Assembly: GCA_964409875.1 (NCBI GenBank)
Contig: CAYPEN010000001.1
Span: 134,637-198,636 of the forward strand
Direction of reading: 5' to 3'
DNA: 64,000 nt
Source: an uncultured Gammaproteobacteria bacterium
GTDB taxonomy: Bacteria; Patescibacteriota; Microgenomatia; Levybacterales; GWA1-39-11
Part shown: positions 38,015-48,693 of the stretch, piece by piece
Layout of the letters: each line of letters opens with the position of its first letter
Numbering within the stretch: the first letter of the stretch is position 1
Notes under the pieces: generated by a model
Told to the model about the DNA's origin: nothing
The model's input: only the letters and a program-made list of their open reading frames with translations
Databases searched by the model: none
Made by a program: the position numbers and the translations under genes

Positions 38015-38105
38015 CTATCAACTTCTGCTTGACTTAACTTTTCACGGGTGCGTACAATAAAGGAGGAAGTAAAAAATTCCCATTTATGTTCTATAAAAAC
38101 CAAGC

Positions 38106-39323
38106 ATGTATTATTTCTCCGAACTTGTCAACAAAAAAGTCGTCAATGAAAATAAGAAGACGATAGGTCATCTGAAAGACTTCCTTTTTCTTGCTGAGGA
38201 ATCCCCGAAAATTACAAAAATATTCGTCAAAAAAGGAAAGCGGAAAAACATCGCAATCCAGATAAAAGACATAAAGACAATCAACGGGCAGATAGTTGTT
38301 GACCGTGATTTTGTTGAAAAGGAAGTAGCCGAGCGCGAATTTTCGATGGCTAACAACCTGCTGAACAGACAGATAATAGATGTTAGGGGTGGAAAAGTCG
38401 TTAGGGTGAATGACATTGCAATTCAAGATAAAGAGGATAAGTCCGAATATTACATCGCTGGAGTAGACGTTGGATTTCGAGCTATTCTTCGGTGGTTCAA
38501 ATTAGAAAAGGCCGCAACTCCAATCTATAAAGCGTTGAAGCTGTATTCTCATCCTCATTTTTTGTCATGGGGAGATATCGAGCCTCTAGAACTTGCCAAC
38601 GGAACAGTCCAATTGAAAAAAGATATCGGGGATTTGGAAAGAATGCGACCTGAGGATCTGGCCGATTACTTGGAAAAGACTAACATCAAAAACGTCAACA
38701 AGATTATCACCGACCTTTCGGATGAATACGCTGCTGACGTTATTGAGGACTTGAATGTTAATTACCAGACTGCACTTTTTAAGCGATTTGCTCCGGAAAA
38801 AGCGACAAAAATTATAGATTTACTTGAGCCCGACGAGGCGGTTGATATCCTTTTGACATTGCCTCGGGAGAAACGGGTTGAGATTTTAGAAGGGCTCGAA
38901 AAAACAAAACACGAAGAATTAAGAGAGCTCATGAAGTATTCAAAAACATCGGTCGGAAAACTCATAAATCCAGATTTTATCTCTATAGAATCCGAAATTA
39001 CAGCTTCTGAGGCGCTTTCACAGGTAAAAGAAGCATTACCTGATGAACCATTTTCCAAGTATATATACACAGTCAACAAAGAAGGCATCTTAGTTGGAGT
39101 TTTCGAGCTCCATAATTTACTTATCCAACAATCTGATACTCCTGTATATAAATTCATGGAACAAGATGTTGTTGTTGCTCATCTAACAACACCACAAGAG
39201 ATTGCTCTCAAACGGATGCTGAAATATAAACTATATGCGCTGCCTGTGGTGGGGGATAACAAAAAAATGATAGGAGTAGTGACTTTTGACGACATGATAG
39301 AGGACATTGAAGAAAAGTTGTAA
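38106..39323 (+). CDS. MgtE-type cytosolic regulatory protein (PRC barrels, MgtE_N, CBS pair; no TM)
   Basis: LLNRQIIDVRGGKVVRVNDI, MRPEDLADYLE, LEPDEAVDIL and the CBS motif ALPVV...GVVTFDD. Confidence 0.88.
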   Translation: MYYFSELVNKKVVNENKKTIGHLKDFLFLAEESPKITKIFVKKGKRKNIAIQIKDIKTINGQIVVDRDFVEKEVAEREFSMANNLLNRQIIDVRGGKVVRVNDIAIQDKEDKSEYYIAGVDVGFRAILRWFKLEKAATPIYKALKLYSHPHFLSWGDIEPLELANGTVQLKKDIGDLERMRPEDLADYLEKTNIKNVNKIITDLSDEYAADVIEDLNVNYQTALFKRFAPEKATKIIDLLEPDEAVDILLTLPREKRVEILEGLEKTKHEELRELMKYSKTSVGKLINPDFISIESEITASEALSQVKEALPDEPFSKYIYTVNKEGILVGVFELHNLLIQQSDTPVYKFMEQDVVVAHLTTPQEIALKRMLKYKLYALPVVGDNKKMIGVVTFDDMIEDIEEKL

Positions 39324-40567
39324 TGAAAAAATTCATCAGAGGGATTAGGATCAAACTTCTTATACTTGTTGCTGTGGTTGGTCCGGGATTAATCACGGCT
39401 TTTGCAGATAACGATGCAGGCGGAGTTGCCACGTATTCTGTTGCAGCGTCAAAATTCGGGTACTCCATGCTCACAACTCTTATTCCAATAACCATAGTTC
39501 TTATGACAACTCAGGAAATCGGGTCAAGGCTTGCAGTTGTCAGCGGGAAAGGTCTTGGGGATTTAATACGTGAGAAATTCGGCATACGGGTGTCTGTTTT
39601 GATTTTTGCGCTCCTTTTCTTTGTCAATTTCGGTGTCATCATCCAGGATGTTGGAGGTCTTAAAGATGGACTTGCGCTTTTTCATCTCAATTTATGGATT
39701 TTTCTTCCTGTAGTGATAGCATTTTTGTTTTTCTTTATTACTAAGGCCTCATATGCGAAAGTTGAAAAGTTTTTCCTTTTCTTAATATTTTTCTACGTTG
39801 CTTATTTTGTTAGCGCCATCCTTTCAAAACCTGATTGGGGACTTGTCGGAAAATCACTCATCATGCCGACAGGAAAAATATCGTTCGATTATCTCTATAC
39901 ATCAATTGCAGTGCTTGGAACAACTGTTACAGCCTGGGGGCAATTCTTCATAAATAGCTATGTGAAAGATAAAAAATTGACGGTCGATAGAATCGGATAT
40001 AACAGGCTTGAGATTTATGTCGGGGCATTTTTGACTGATATTGTCAGTCTTTTCATGATGGTAGCTGTTGCGGCGACGGTATTTGCTCATAACGTTCATA
40101 TTCAGGGTGCTGCTGACGCGGCGCTTGCTATTAAGCCTTTCGCGGGAGACCTTGCCGGTGTAATGTTTGGTGCGGGACTTATTGTTGCAGGTTTTATCGG
40201 AGCTGCAATAGTGCCATTGGCAACGGCGTACGCTTTTTCGGAATTTTTTGGATATGAAGGGAGTTTAGACGTTAGTTTCTCAAGAAGCAGACTTTTTTAT
40301 GGCTTTTTTATCGTACAAGTACTTTTGGGAGTTGCTGCAATAAGTTTTCCCAACTTTGCTCTTTTCAAATTCACACTTTATGCGGATTTCGTAAATGGTT
40401 TGTTCTTGCCAGTGATATTTTTCTTCTTGTATAAATTTGCAAATGATCGGGAAATTATGGGTAAGTATAGGAACAGCAGGCTTCAGAATGTTCTTCTTGT
40501 CGGCTCTGGAATTGTAATAACAATTGCAGCCCTGGTTGGTGGCATCGGTAGTTTTATCGGCCGGTAA
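39323..40567 (+). CDS. NRAMP-family divalent metal transporter (Mg-type clade)
   Basis: GPGLITAFADNDAGGVATYS and LGTTVTAWGQFF motifs, with about 11 TM segments. Confidence 0.9.
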   Translation: MKKFIRGIRIKLLILVAVVGPGLITAFADNDAGGVATYSVAASKFGYSMLTTLIPITIVLMTTQEIGSRLAVVSGKGLGDLIREKFGIRVSVLIFALLFFVNFGVIIQDVGGLKDGLALFHLNLWIFLPVVIAFLFFFITKASYAKVEKFFLFLIFFYVAYFVSAILSKPDWGLVGKSLIMPTGKISFDYLYTSIAVLGTTVTAWGQFFINSYVKDKKLTVDRIGYNRLEIYVGAFLTDIVSLFMMVAVAATVFAHNVHIQGAADAALAIKPFAGDLAGVMFGAGLIVAGFIGAAIVPLATAYAFSEFFGYEGSLDVSFSRSRLFYGFFIVQVLLGVAAISFPNFALFKFTLYADFVNGLFLPVIFFFLYKFANDREIMGKYRNSRLQNVLLVGSGIVITIAALVGGIGSFIGR

Positions 40568-40584
40568 GTCCCGAAAATTATCTA

Positions 40585-43125
40585 ATGGAAAAAGAAACAG
40601 CCCTTAATTTTTTTGTTGAGGAAAAAGTAGATATTGTACTTCAAAAAATTTCAACTTCTAAAAACGGGCTTTCTCAGAAGGAGGCAGCCAGACGACAAGC
40701 CATTTATGGCAAGAACACTCTTATTGAAGAAAAAGAATACAATCCTCTTACCGAATTTCTCAAAAATTTTAAAAATCCCCTTATTCTTATTCTCCTTTTT
40801 GCGGCAAGTATCTCTTATTTTTTGGGAGAGATTACGAACGGGATTATCATTTCAGTTGTAATTTTTGCTAGCGCAATACTAAACTTTCTCCAGGAATATC
40901 AAGCGAATAATGCTTCGGGAAAACTCAAAGACAGACTCTCTTCAAAAGCTGTTGCCATTCGTGACGATGTAAAAATCGAAATTAAGACCGAACAACTCAC
41001 AATTGGGGATGTTGTCGAGTTGAGTGCGGGAGATTTAATTCCTGCAGACTTGCGGTTAATAGCAGTCAATGATTTGTTCATTAATGAGTCAGCACTCACA
41101 GGAGAGTCATTTCCTATAAGAAAAACAAATCACTCTATATCAGGTAAAAATATTACTATTTCCGAAATGGGGAATATGGCTTTTTCAGGGAGTAGCGTTG
41201 TAACAGGAACAGGTACTGGTGTTGTTGTAAAAATCGGAAAAGCAACTGAGATAGGCAAAATTGCACACCTATTGAATGAACGGCTCCCTGAAACAAACTT
41301 CATGAGAGGGATAAAAAGTTTTAGTGTGTTGATATTACGGATTACTATTCTATTTGTCTTGGGCATATTTTTTATTAGTTCAGTCTTGAGGCACTATAAC
41401 CTGATTGATTCGTTTACATTCGCTATAGCAATTGCTGTTGGATTAACACCAGACCTTCTACCAATGATTATGTCCGTAACGATGAGTAAGGGTGCGTTGA
41501 GAATGGCAAAACGAGGAGTAATCGTTAAACGGCTTCAGGCAATGCCTAACTTTGGGAGTATGGATGTTATATGTACTGATAAGACGGGAACACTAACCGA
41601 GGGCATGATTAAACTTGTTAAGTATATAAATTGGGAAGGAGAACATTCTGAACGGGTTTTTTTGCATGCTTATTTAAATAGCATATTCCAATCCGGTATA
41701 AAAAATCCGCTCGACAATGCTGTAATTTCATTTAAAAAGGTGTTTATTGATGCCTACACGAAAGTTGATGAAATTCCTTTCGATTTTGTGAGACGGAAAA
41801 TGAGTATTGTAATGGAACATGAGAATGACAGATTTATTATTACCAAAGGTGCGCCGGAGGAAATTTTCAAATCATGCAAGTATTTTCAAAAAGGAAAAGA
41901 ACATCATCCCCTTACGCAAGAAGTGGTAAATGATATCAAAAAACTTTATGAAAAGCTGAGTGGTGACGGATATAGGGTTGTTGCGGTAGCCACAAAGAAA
42001 GTTGTCAAAAAAAGCAATTCTTATTCAAAGAAAGATGAATCCGAGCTAACATTTGAAGGCTTTGTTGCCTTCTTTGACCCACCAAGAAAGGATATAGCCG
42101 AAATCTTGCGGAAAATAAAGCGACTTAATGTGGATATAAAAGTCATTACAGGTGACAACGAACTTGTGACAAAAAAGATATGCGTTGAGGCAGACCTACC
42201 AATTGATGGAGTTCTTCTTGGAGGAGAAATCTTTGGCATGACGGATGACGCGTTGGCGAGAAAAGTTGAGGCAACAACTGTTTTTGCGCGATTTTCCCCG
42301 GACCAAAAAAATCGTGTTATACAAGCGCTAAAAGCTAATGGCCATGTGGTTGGATATGTTGGGGACGGGATAAACGATGCGCCATCTTTGAAGAATAGTG
42401 ACGTGGGAATTTCTGTCGAGAATGCGGTTGATGTGGCGAAAGAAGCTGCCGACATGATACTAACCAACAAAAGTCTTCGGGTTCTTCATGATGGAATAGT
42501 CGAGGGGAGAGTAACTTTTGCAAACACACTAAAATACATTCAAATGGGTATCAGTTCCAATTTTGGAAACATCTTGAGCGTTTTATTTGCTGTATTCTAT
42601 GTCCCCTTTTTGCCTATGTTGCCGATTCAAATACTTCTAAATAATTTATTGTATGAATTTTCTCAGCTCGCTATTCCAAATGATGGAGTTGATGAAGAAT
42701 TAATTAGGAAGCCAAGAAGTTGGGATTTGAGTTATATTAAAAAATTTATGTTTGTTTTCGGTCCGGTAAGTTCAATCTATGACATTATCACATTTGTATT
42801 ACTTTTTTCTGTTTTCCATGCTTCCGTATCGTTGTTCCAAACCGGCTGGTTCTTAGAATCTCTTGCGACACAAACGTTGGTTATTTTTGTCATTAGAACG
42901 AAAAAAATACCGATAATCCAAAGTCTTCCGAGTAAATCACTGGCATTTCTCTGTATCTTGGTAGTTATTGTTGGGTTTATTCTGCCCTTTACATTCTTGG
43001 GTCCGATATTTTCCTTCACTAAAGTACCATTTTTTATTCTTCTCAGCATCATAGGAATAGTTATTTTGAATTTGGCTACAGCTGAAATTGCAAAGACATT
43101 TTTCTTTAAAAGGTATGAAGCATAA
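40585..43125 (+). CDS. mgtA: Magnesium-translocating P-type ATPase
   Basis: TGES, AVGLTPDLLPMI, DKTGTLT, EIPFDFVRRKMS, GDGINDAP and SSNFGN motifs. Confidence 0.93.
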   Translation: MEKETALNFFVEEKVDIVLQKISTSKNGLSQKEAARRQAIYGKNTLIEEKEYNPLTEFLKNFKNPLILILLFAASISYFLGEITNGIIISVVIFASAILNFLQEYQANNASGKLKDRLSSKAVAIRDDVKIEIKTEQLTIGDVVELSAGDLIPADLRLIAVNDLFINESALTGESFPIRKTNHSISGKNITISEMGNMAFSGSSVVTGTGTGVVVKIGKATEIGKIAHLLNERLPETNFMRGIKSFSVLILRITILFVLGIFFISSVLRHYNLIDSFTFAIAIAVGLTPDLLPMIMSVTMSKGALRMAKRGVIVKRLQAMPNFGSMDVICTDKTGTLTEGMIKLVKYINWEGEHSERVFLHAYLNSIFQSGIKNPLDNAVISFKKVFIDAYTKVDEIPFDFVRRKMSIVMEHENDRFIITKGAPEEIFKSCKYFQKGKEHHPLTQEVVNDIKKLYEKLSGDGYRVVAVATKKVVKKSNSYSKKDESELTFEGFVAFFDPPRKDIAEILRKIKRLNVDIKVITGDNELVTKKICVEADLPIDGVLLGGEIFGMTDDALARKVEATTVFARFSPDQKNRVIQALKANGHVVGYVGDGINDAPSLKNSDVGISVENAVDVAKEAADMILTNKSLRVLHDGIVEGRVTFANTLKYIQMGISSNFGNILSVLFAVFYVPFLPMLPIQILLNNLLYEFSQLAIPNDGVDEELIRKPRSWDLSYIKKFMFVFGPVSSIYDIITFVLLFSVFHASVSLFQTGWFLESLATQTLVIFVIRTKKIPIIQSLPSKSLAFLCILVVIVGFILPFTFLGPIFSFTKVPFFILLSIIGIVILNLATAEIAKTFFFKRYEA

Positions 43126-43194
43126 ATTAAGGTTTGAAGTAATGATCATTGCATAGAATGGAAGGATTCTAGTATGCTATCAAAATAACAAAAT

Positions 43195-44268
43195 ATGGCG
43201 CGTCTTACCTATCAACAACTCATCGACAAACATCTCGAGATATTAAAAGGCCTTCAATATGAGTCCGGGCTTTTTGCTGCTGCAGACAAAAATGTCGGTA
43301 CAGGATATGACAAAAGTTGGCTGCGGGACAATTTTTATGAAACAATTGCTTTTGAAGTAATTGGGGACTGGGATACAGTTGAAAAAACATACCGGGCAAT
43401 TTTGAATGTGCTTCTCAAACATGAAGAAAAAATAGATTGGGCAATTGAAAATAAACCTACCGAATCCTTTCAATATATCCATGCGCGGTTTCATCCTGAA
43501 ACGTTTGACGAGTTCTGGGAGTCTTGGGGCAACAAGCAAAATGATGCGGTAGGCTGTATTCTTTTCCGGATAGGTGAATTGGAACATCATCACAATAGAG
43601 CAATACTGACCGATGAGTCGCACGTTAGAATCATCAATAAATTAGTTAAATACCTGGAAGCAATCGAATATTGGAAGGACAGAGACAGTGGAATGTGGGA
43701 AGAAGACGAGGAGTTGCATGCCTCATCGGTGGGGGCATGCGTTGCAGGTCTAAAGTCAATTAAAAGACTTCCCCAAATACACGTTCCCGGATATATCATC
43801 GAAAGAGGGCAGGAGACACTTGATAGTTTACTTCCCAGAGAATCTGAACGCAAGTTCGTAGACCTTGCACTTCTGTCGCTCATTTGGCCATATCGAGTTG
43901 TAACTGACGAGCAGAGAGACCGAATCCTTGAAAATGTTGAGTACCATCTTCTGCGGGAGCGCGGAGTTATCCGCTATAAAGGGGATAAGTATTACAACAA
44001 GAATCAAGACGAGGTTAGTGAGGAAGCAGAGTGGACATTTGGGCTTGCTTGGCTTGCGATAATCTATGGCAAAATGGGGCAGACGGAGAAGGCCTTTTCC
44101 TACATAAAAGACCTTATTGCTGACGATACGCCTCAAGGAGTACCAGAACTGTATTTCTCAAATTCGCCTGAATACAATGATAATACACCTCTTGGATGGT
44201 CCGAATCACTTTTTATCGTCGCTCTTTTTGAAATGCAGGAGAGATGGGAAAAGGAAGCGGAAAAATGA
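43195..44268 (+). CDS. GH15-like glycoside hydrolase (glucoamylase / phosphorylase-kinase-like fold)
   Basis: YDKSWLRDN, QNDAVG, DSGMWEE, RYKGDKY and PELY...NTPLGWS motifs. Confidence 0.85.
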   Translation: MARLTYQQLIDKHLEILKGLQYESGLFAAADKNVGTGYDKSWLRDNFYETIAFEVIGDWDTVEKTYRAILNVLLKHEEKIDWAIENKPTESFQYIHARFHPETFDEFWESWGNKQNDAVGCILFRIGELEHHHNRAILTDESHVRIINKLVKYLEAIEYWKDRDSGMWEEDEELHASSVGACVAGLKSIKRLPQIHVPGYIIERGQETLDSLLPRESERKFVDLALLSLIWPYRVVTDEQRDRILENVEYHLLRERGVIRYKGDKYYNKNQDEVSEEAEWTFGLAWLAIIYGKMGQTEKAFSYIKDLIADDTPQGVPELYFSNSPEYNDNTPLGWSESLFIVALFEMQERWEKEAEK

Positions 44269-44823
44269 TTATTTCTTAAACAATTTCCCTTTTTTCCAGG
44301 GTGTACCAAGAAGCGGAAGAAGGTATCTATCAACACCTATCCATCCGGCGGTTCTCCATGCTAGAATAAGGAATAGCTCTATAACAAAGAGAATTGGATT
44401 TGTACTTACAGTCCCGGCAAAAAGGTAATTCATGTTCATAAATGCACCAAAAAAAGCCGAGATTCCCGTAAAAATGCCCAGTATAAGCCCAATGCCGACC
44501 AACAATTCTCCAAAGGCTACAAGGAAGGAGAATGTGGCGGCATTGGGAAGGGCTACATTCTGAATAAATGCTCCGTAAAATCCTGAAACATCAGGATGTT
44601 GACCACCTGTCTTTTCTAATGCTCCGTTCAAAAATCCCGATACTGCGACACCTGCTTTCGGGCCAACCCACATGGGGTTGTTGACTTTGGCCCACCCTGC
44701 GATGAGCCACTCGTATCCGACGTACACACGCAACACAAGCCATATCCACCCCATTTTTGTATTAGAGAAAATAAAGCGGGATAAGGCCGGTTCAGGAATT
44801 TCTTCGGACAGGTTTTTGGCCAT
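44269..44823 (-). CDS. DoxX/DoxD family membrane protein
   Basis: LRVYVGYEWLIAGWAK, GELLVGIGLILG and AGTVSTNP motifs. Confidence 0.88.
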   Translation of the reverse strand: MAKNLSEEIPEPALSRFIFSNTKMGWIWLVLRVYVGYEWLIAGWAKVNNPMWVGPKAGVAVSGFLNGALEKTGGQHPDVSGFYGAFIQNVALPNAATFSFLVAFGELLVGIGLILGIFTGISAFFGAFMNMNYLFAGTVSTNPILFVIELFLILAWRTAGWIGVDRYLLPLLGTPWKKGKLFKK

Positions 44824-44954
44824 ACATTACGTTACCAGTTGTGTTTGACTAGTGTCAAGTGATTTGTATCACATACAAATTTTTAATATTTTGAGAGCTG
44901 CATACCACTTGACGAACGCAAAAAATTTCTTCATCATGAGAAAGAGAGGTTTTT

Positions 44955-46625
44955 TTGTTGTCTATGGATACTAACATGCTCGCGCAGTTATCAAAATTAA
45001 TCGAGGGAGACATTGCTACAGACTCTTCGACCCTTACAGAGCACAGTCATGATGCTTCACTTTTTGAAATGCGGCCTGAAGCGGTAGTTTTCCCAAAGAA
45101 CGAAAAGGATGTTGTAACGCTCGTTAAATTTGTGGCTGAGAACAAAAAAGAACATCCCCATTTGTCTCTTACTGGAAGAGCTGCCGGAACCGATATGGGA
45201 GGAGGCTCCATTAATGATTCCATCATTGTCGCATTTTCAAAATACTTCAACGCAAAACCTCAAATAGATACTGACAAAAGAACTGCGGTGGTTGAGCCAG
45301 GCGTCTTTTACCGCGATTTTGAAAAGGAAACGATTCGTGAAGGGCTTTTGTTCCCCTCATACCCAGCATCCCGTGGTTTATGCGCAATGGGTGGAATTGT
45401 GAACAACAATTCCGGTGGCGAAAAGTCCTTGCAATACGGAAAGACTGAACGGTATGTAAAAAGTGTAAAGGTAGTACTTCGCGATGGGAGTATTTGCGTC
45501 TTCAGAAAACTCACGATGGCAAGCCTTGAAAAGAAAATGGAACAGAAAGATTTGGAAGGGGAGATATACCGGAAAATGTTCAAGCTTATTAATGATAACT
45601 ATGATGAGATAATGGATGCAAAGCCGCAGGTAAGCAAAAATTCGGCAGGATATTTTTTGTGGAATGTTTATAACAAAGAAGAGGGAACCTTTGATTTGAC
45701 CCAATTGTGGGTGGGTGCGCAAGGAACATTGGGGTTACTTCTTGAGGCAGAAGTTTCACTTGTCCCAATTCATATGCATAGGGAAATGATGGTTATTTTT
45801 CTTCATGACTTGAAGCATTTGGGTGAAATCATCAACGCAGCACTCCCCTTAAAGCCTGAAAGCTTTGAGTCATACGATGATAATACGTTGAAATTAGCGC
45901 TTAAATATTTCCCCGAATTTGCAAAACAACTGGGAGCAAAGGGATTTGTCGGTGCAGGAATTGCATTTATGCCTGAATTTTTGATGGTAATGCGCGGTGG
46001 GCTTCCAAAATTAGTGTTACAGATAGACTTTACCGGGAATGACCCAGAAGAGTTGAAAGAGAAAATCGCAACACTTAAGGCAAAATTGGCGCCCCTTCAC
46101 CCACAAGCAAAAGTAGCCATTGAGTCACAAGAAGAGAAATACTGGCTCATACGGCGTGAAAGTTTTAACCTCCTTAGAAAAAAAATTAAAAACAAACACA
46201 CGGCTCCCTTTATCGACGATTTTGTCATAAAGCCCGAATATATAGCGGAAATTATTCCACAAGTGAACAAAATATTTGAAAAATACAGAAAGGACTTTAC
46301 CTACACTGTCGCAGGACACATTGGAGATGGTAATTTCCACATTATTCCGCTTGTTGATATCACAAAAAAGTCCGTCAGGAATGCAATCCCTGAAATTTCA
46401 AAACTCATATACGACCTTGTTCTGAAATATGGCGGTTCAATCACAGGGGAGCACAACGACGGGCTCATAAGAACTCCGTACTTGAGACAAATGTACGGAA
46501 GCCGTATTTATGAACTTTTTGAAGAGACGAAAAAGATATTCGACCCTGAGAACATTTTCAACCCCCGCAAGAAAGTCGGAGCGACAATGGACTATGCTAT
46601 GAAACACCTCCGGATGACTTGGTGA
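44955..46625 (+). CDS. FAD-linked oxidoreductase (GlcD / D-lactate dehydrogenase-like)
   Basis: RAAGTDMGG, GAQGTLG, GHIGDGNFH, GGSITGEHNDG and FDPENIFNP motifs. Confidence 0.9.
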   Translation: MLSMDTNMLAQLSKLIEGDIATDSSTLTEHSHDASLFEMRPEAVVFPKNEKDVVTLVKFVAENKKEHPHLSLTGRAAGTDMGGGSINDSIIVAFSKYFNAKPQIDTDKRTAVVEPGVFYRDFEKETIREGLLFPSYPASRGLCAMGGIVNNNSGGEKSLQYGKTERYVKSVKVVLRDGSICVFRKLTMASLEKKMEQKDLEGEIYRKMFKLINDNYDEIMDAKPQVSKNSAGYFLWNVYNKEEGTFDLTQLWVGAQGTLGLLLEAEVSLVPIHMHREMMVIFLHDLKHLGEIINAALPLKPESFESYDDNTLKLALKYFPEFAKQLGAKGFVGAGIAFMPEFLMVMRGGLPKLVLQIDFTGNDPEELKEKIATLKAKLAPLHPQAKVAIESQEEKYWLIRRESFNLLRKKIKNKHTAPFIDDFVIKPEYIAEIIPQVNKIFEKYRKDFTYTVAGHIGDGNFHIIPLVDITKKSVRNAIPEISKLIYDLVLKYGGSITGEHNDGLIRTPYLRQMYGSRIYELFEETKKIFDPENIFNPRKKVGATMDYAMKHLRMTW

Positions 46626-46636
46626 CCCCTTTTTTT

Positions 46637-47410
46637 CTACGAGAGGATGAATTTTTCAATAACGTCGGCAACTCCGTCGTCAACGACGGTTGGAGCTATA
46701 TAGTCGGCTATTTCCTTCAGGTCGGATATTGCATTTCCCATAGCAACTTTGAGTCCTGATGCCATAAGAAGCGGGAAGTCATTGTATCCGTCGCCGACCC
46801 CGACTATTTCTTCCCGCAGGAGATTAAGTTTTTCTGCAATAACTTCTATTCCGTGAAGTTTTGTGGCATTGACATGCGTAATATTGAGTCCATATTTTTC
46901 CGGATCTTTATGTCTTGTGCGGAACACATTAAGGTGTGGTCTAGCAAGCTCCCTCATGAGAATATGGGTTTGTTCAAGTGTAAAATCTTCATCTGTAAAA
47001 AACATCGAAACATTCTCAATATCTTGATCTTTCCGATAGGGTGGAAAGTAGTCACGCGTTTGGGATATGTTCTTCTCGTCTTTAAGATAAAATGTTATGT
47101 TATTTTTTCCGAGGACATGTATGACATGTTGTATGTCTGTCTTTTCCATTGTTTGCTTGTAAACAATCTCGTTACTGGAAATATCTATAACAAATGCGCC
47201 TGTATCGACAACTGCATACCCTTCGGTAAGACCGAGTTCTTTTAAGATGCTTTTTGAGGAGTAGTAGGACCTACCGGTGACAAGGCATACATGGACTTTT
47301 TCTTTTGCTTTGGTTATCGCTTCTTTGACTTTTTTAGACGGCATTGCATCATATTGATAGGGAATAAGAGTTCCATCGACATCAAGCATCAGCGCTTTGT
47401 ATTGCATCAT
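46637..47410 (-). CDS. Cof-type HAD hydrolase
   Basis: LDVDGTL, VTGR, GDGYND and VAMGNA motifs. Confidence 0.92.
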   Translation of the reverse strand: MMQYKALMLDVDGTLIPYQYDAMPSKKVKEAITKAKEKVHVCLVTGRSYYSSKSILKELGLTEGYAVVDTGAFVIDISSNEIVYKQTMEKTDIQHVIHVLGKNNITFYLKDEKNISQTRDYFPPYRKDQDIENVSMFFTDEDFTLEQTHILMRELARPHLNVFRTRHKDPEKYGLNITHVNATKLHGIEVIAEKLNLLREEIVGVGDGYNDFPLLMASGLKVAMGNAISDLKEIADYIAPTVVDDGVADVIEKFILS

Positions 47411-47434
47411 GCTATTGTAACAAAGAAAGACGTG

Positions 47435-48610
47435 TTAGAAAGAAATGAATTCGAGGATTTTGTCCCAGGTTCCTTGTTGGGTCTTAAGTACTTTTCCGTC
47501 TTCAGCTGAAACGTATACGGTTTTAGTAAAGGCGACAGGGAAGAGCCCTATCACTTTTTTGTCCTTTACTCCGTGGATTTCGAATGCCGGTTTGTTATCG
47601 ACTTCGGTAAGTCCTACAACGTTATTAGTGTCACTTACGCTCCCCGATGTTGGAGTTCCAGTAGATACAACATTTGTAAGTACCTTTTTATCAAGAAGGT
47701 TTTGTACCGCCTTATCAGGCAGCACTGTAACATCATGTGTTCCGCTTTCTGTTGTGACTGATAATTGTTTGGTGGTGGGATCAACAGTGAGAGGAAAATC
47801 AGTATGTGCTTCAATCTTTCCTTTTTTGAATGCAAATTTCTTCGCCGACCCGGTTCCTATCTCAATTCCTTTATCTTCAAGCTCGGCATTCAATTTTTCT
47901 ATCGTATCTTTCTCCTCAAGCTCTACTTCCGTGCCGTCTTCGTTTTTCTCTTTCACCTTAACTCTCCCATCGTCTTCTCTTTTTATTTCAATGTGGCTTC
48001 CCGGCTTTTCCAATTTGATTTCGGTTTTGCTGCCTTCTTTTCTCACTTCAAGCTTGGAAGGTGTTTGTTGACCCGTAAGAGTTTGGGGAATAATAGTTTT
48101 TTGTTTGTCTTCTGTTTTCTTTGACTCCGAAGAAGCACCGACTTTTGTGAATTCAAAATTTTTTCTTCCCCACTTTGCATTCAGTTCCTGACAGTCATGG
48201 AAGCTTGTGACAAAGTGTTTGCCGTCTGGCCCCACACAATCAACTTTTGTGTCGGATGAAGGAGACGGTTGAGTGTCGGTTGGGGAAGTAGTATTTGATG
48301 ATTGACCATTTCCTCCCGAGTTTTGACCACCCGAACCCGAATTCGATTCTTGATGGGGAGGCTCCGGCTGCTCCTGTCCGTTTTGATGTTCGGTTTCTGT
48401 TTCATCTTCTCCGCCTCGTGCAAGAAGAACAGGGCCGGTGGATGCTCCCAGAACATGGACGTTGGATGATGCAGCAACGAGAAATTTAAATGCTACGGCA
48501 GCAACGAGAAGGGCAAAAGCTACCGAAGTGTATCTTACAAAGAGAATTGATTGGGGATTACGCTTCGTCCTTTTTGTTGGTGAGCTTTTCTTGCGGGTTA
48601 TTTTTTTCAC
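47435..48610 (-). CDS. Membrane-anchored surface protein of unknown function
   Basis: Likely start GTG at 48610, which avoids overlap with the next gene. It has a basic N-terminus, a TM helix, VLGAST, a low-complexity linker and a K/E-rich beta region. Confidence 0.75.
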   Translation of the reverse strand: MKKITRKKSSPTKRTKRNPQSILFVRYTSVAFALLVAAVAFKFLVAASSNVHVLGASTGPVLLARGGEDETETEHQNGQEQPEPPHQESNSGSGGQNSGGNGQSSNTTSPTDTQPSPSSDTKVDCVGPDGKHFVTSFHDCQELNAKWGRKNFEFTKVGASSESKKTEDKQKTIIPQTLTGQQTPSKLEVRKEGSKTEIKLEKPGSHIEIKREDDGRVKVKEKNEDGTEVELEEKDTIEKLNAELEDKGIEIGTGSAKKFAFKKGKIEAHTDFPLTVDPTTKQLSVTTESGTHDVTVLPDKAVQNLLDKKVLTNVVSTGTPTSGSVSDTNNVVGLTEVDNKPAFEIHGVKDKKVIGLFPVAFTKTVYVSAEDGKVLKTQQGTWDKILEFISF

Positions 48611-48693
48611 AATATATACATTAGCGCAAATGCATACGGGTTTGTCAACTCTTACAATTGTTTTTAATAGGAATTTTGGTACTATTTCACAAT

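Noticed and set aside
38015-38105. M-box (ykoK) riboswitch before the Mg transport genes
   Set aside because: The gap is only about 90 nt, contains a promoter-like TTGACT...TACAAT, and shows no recognisable M-box structure.
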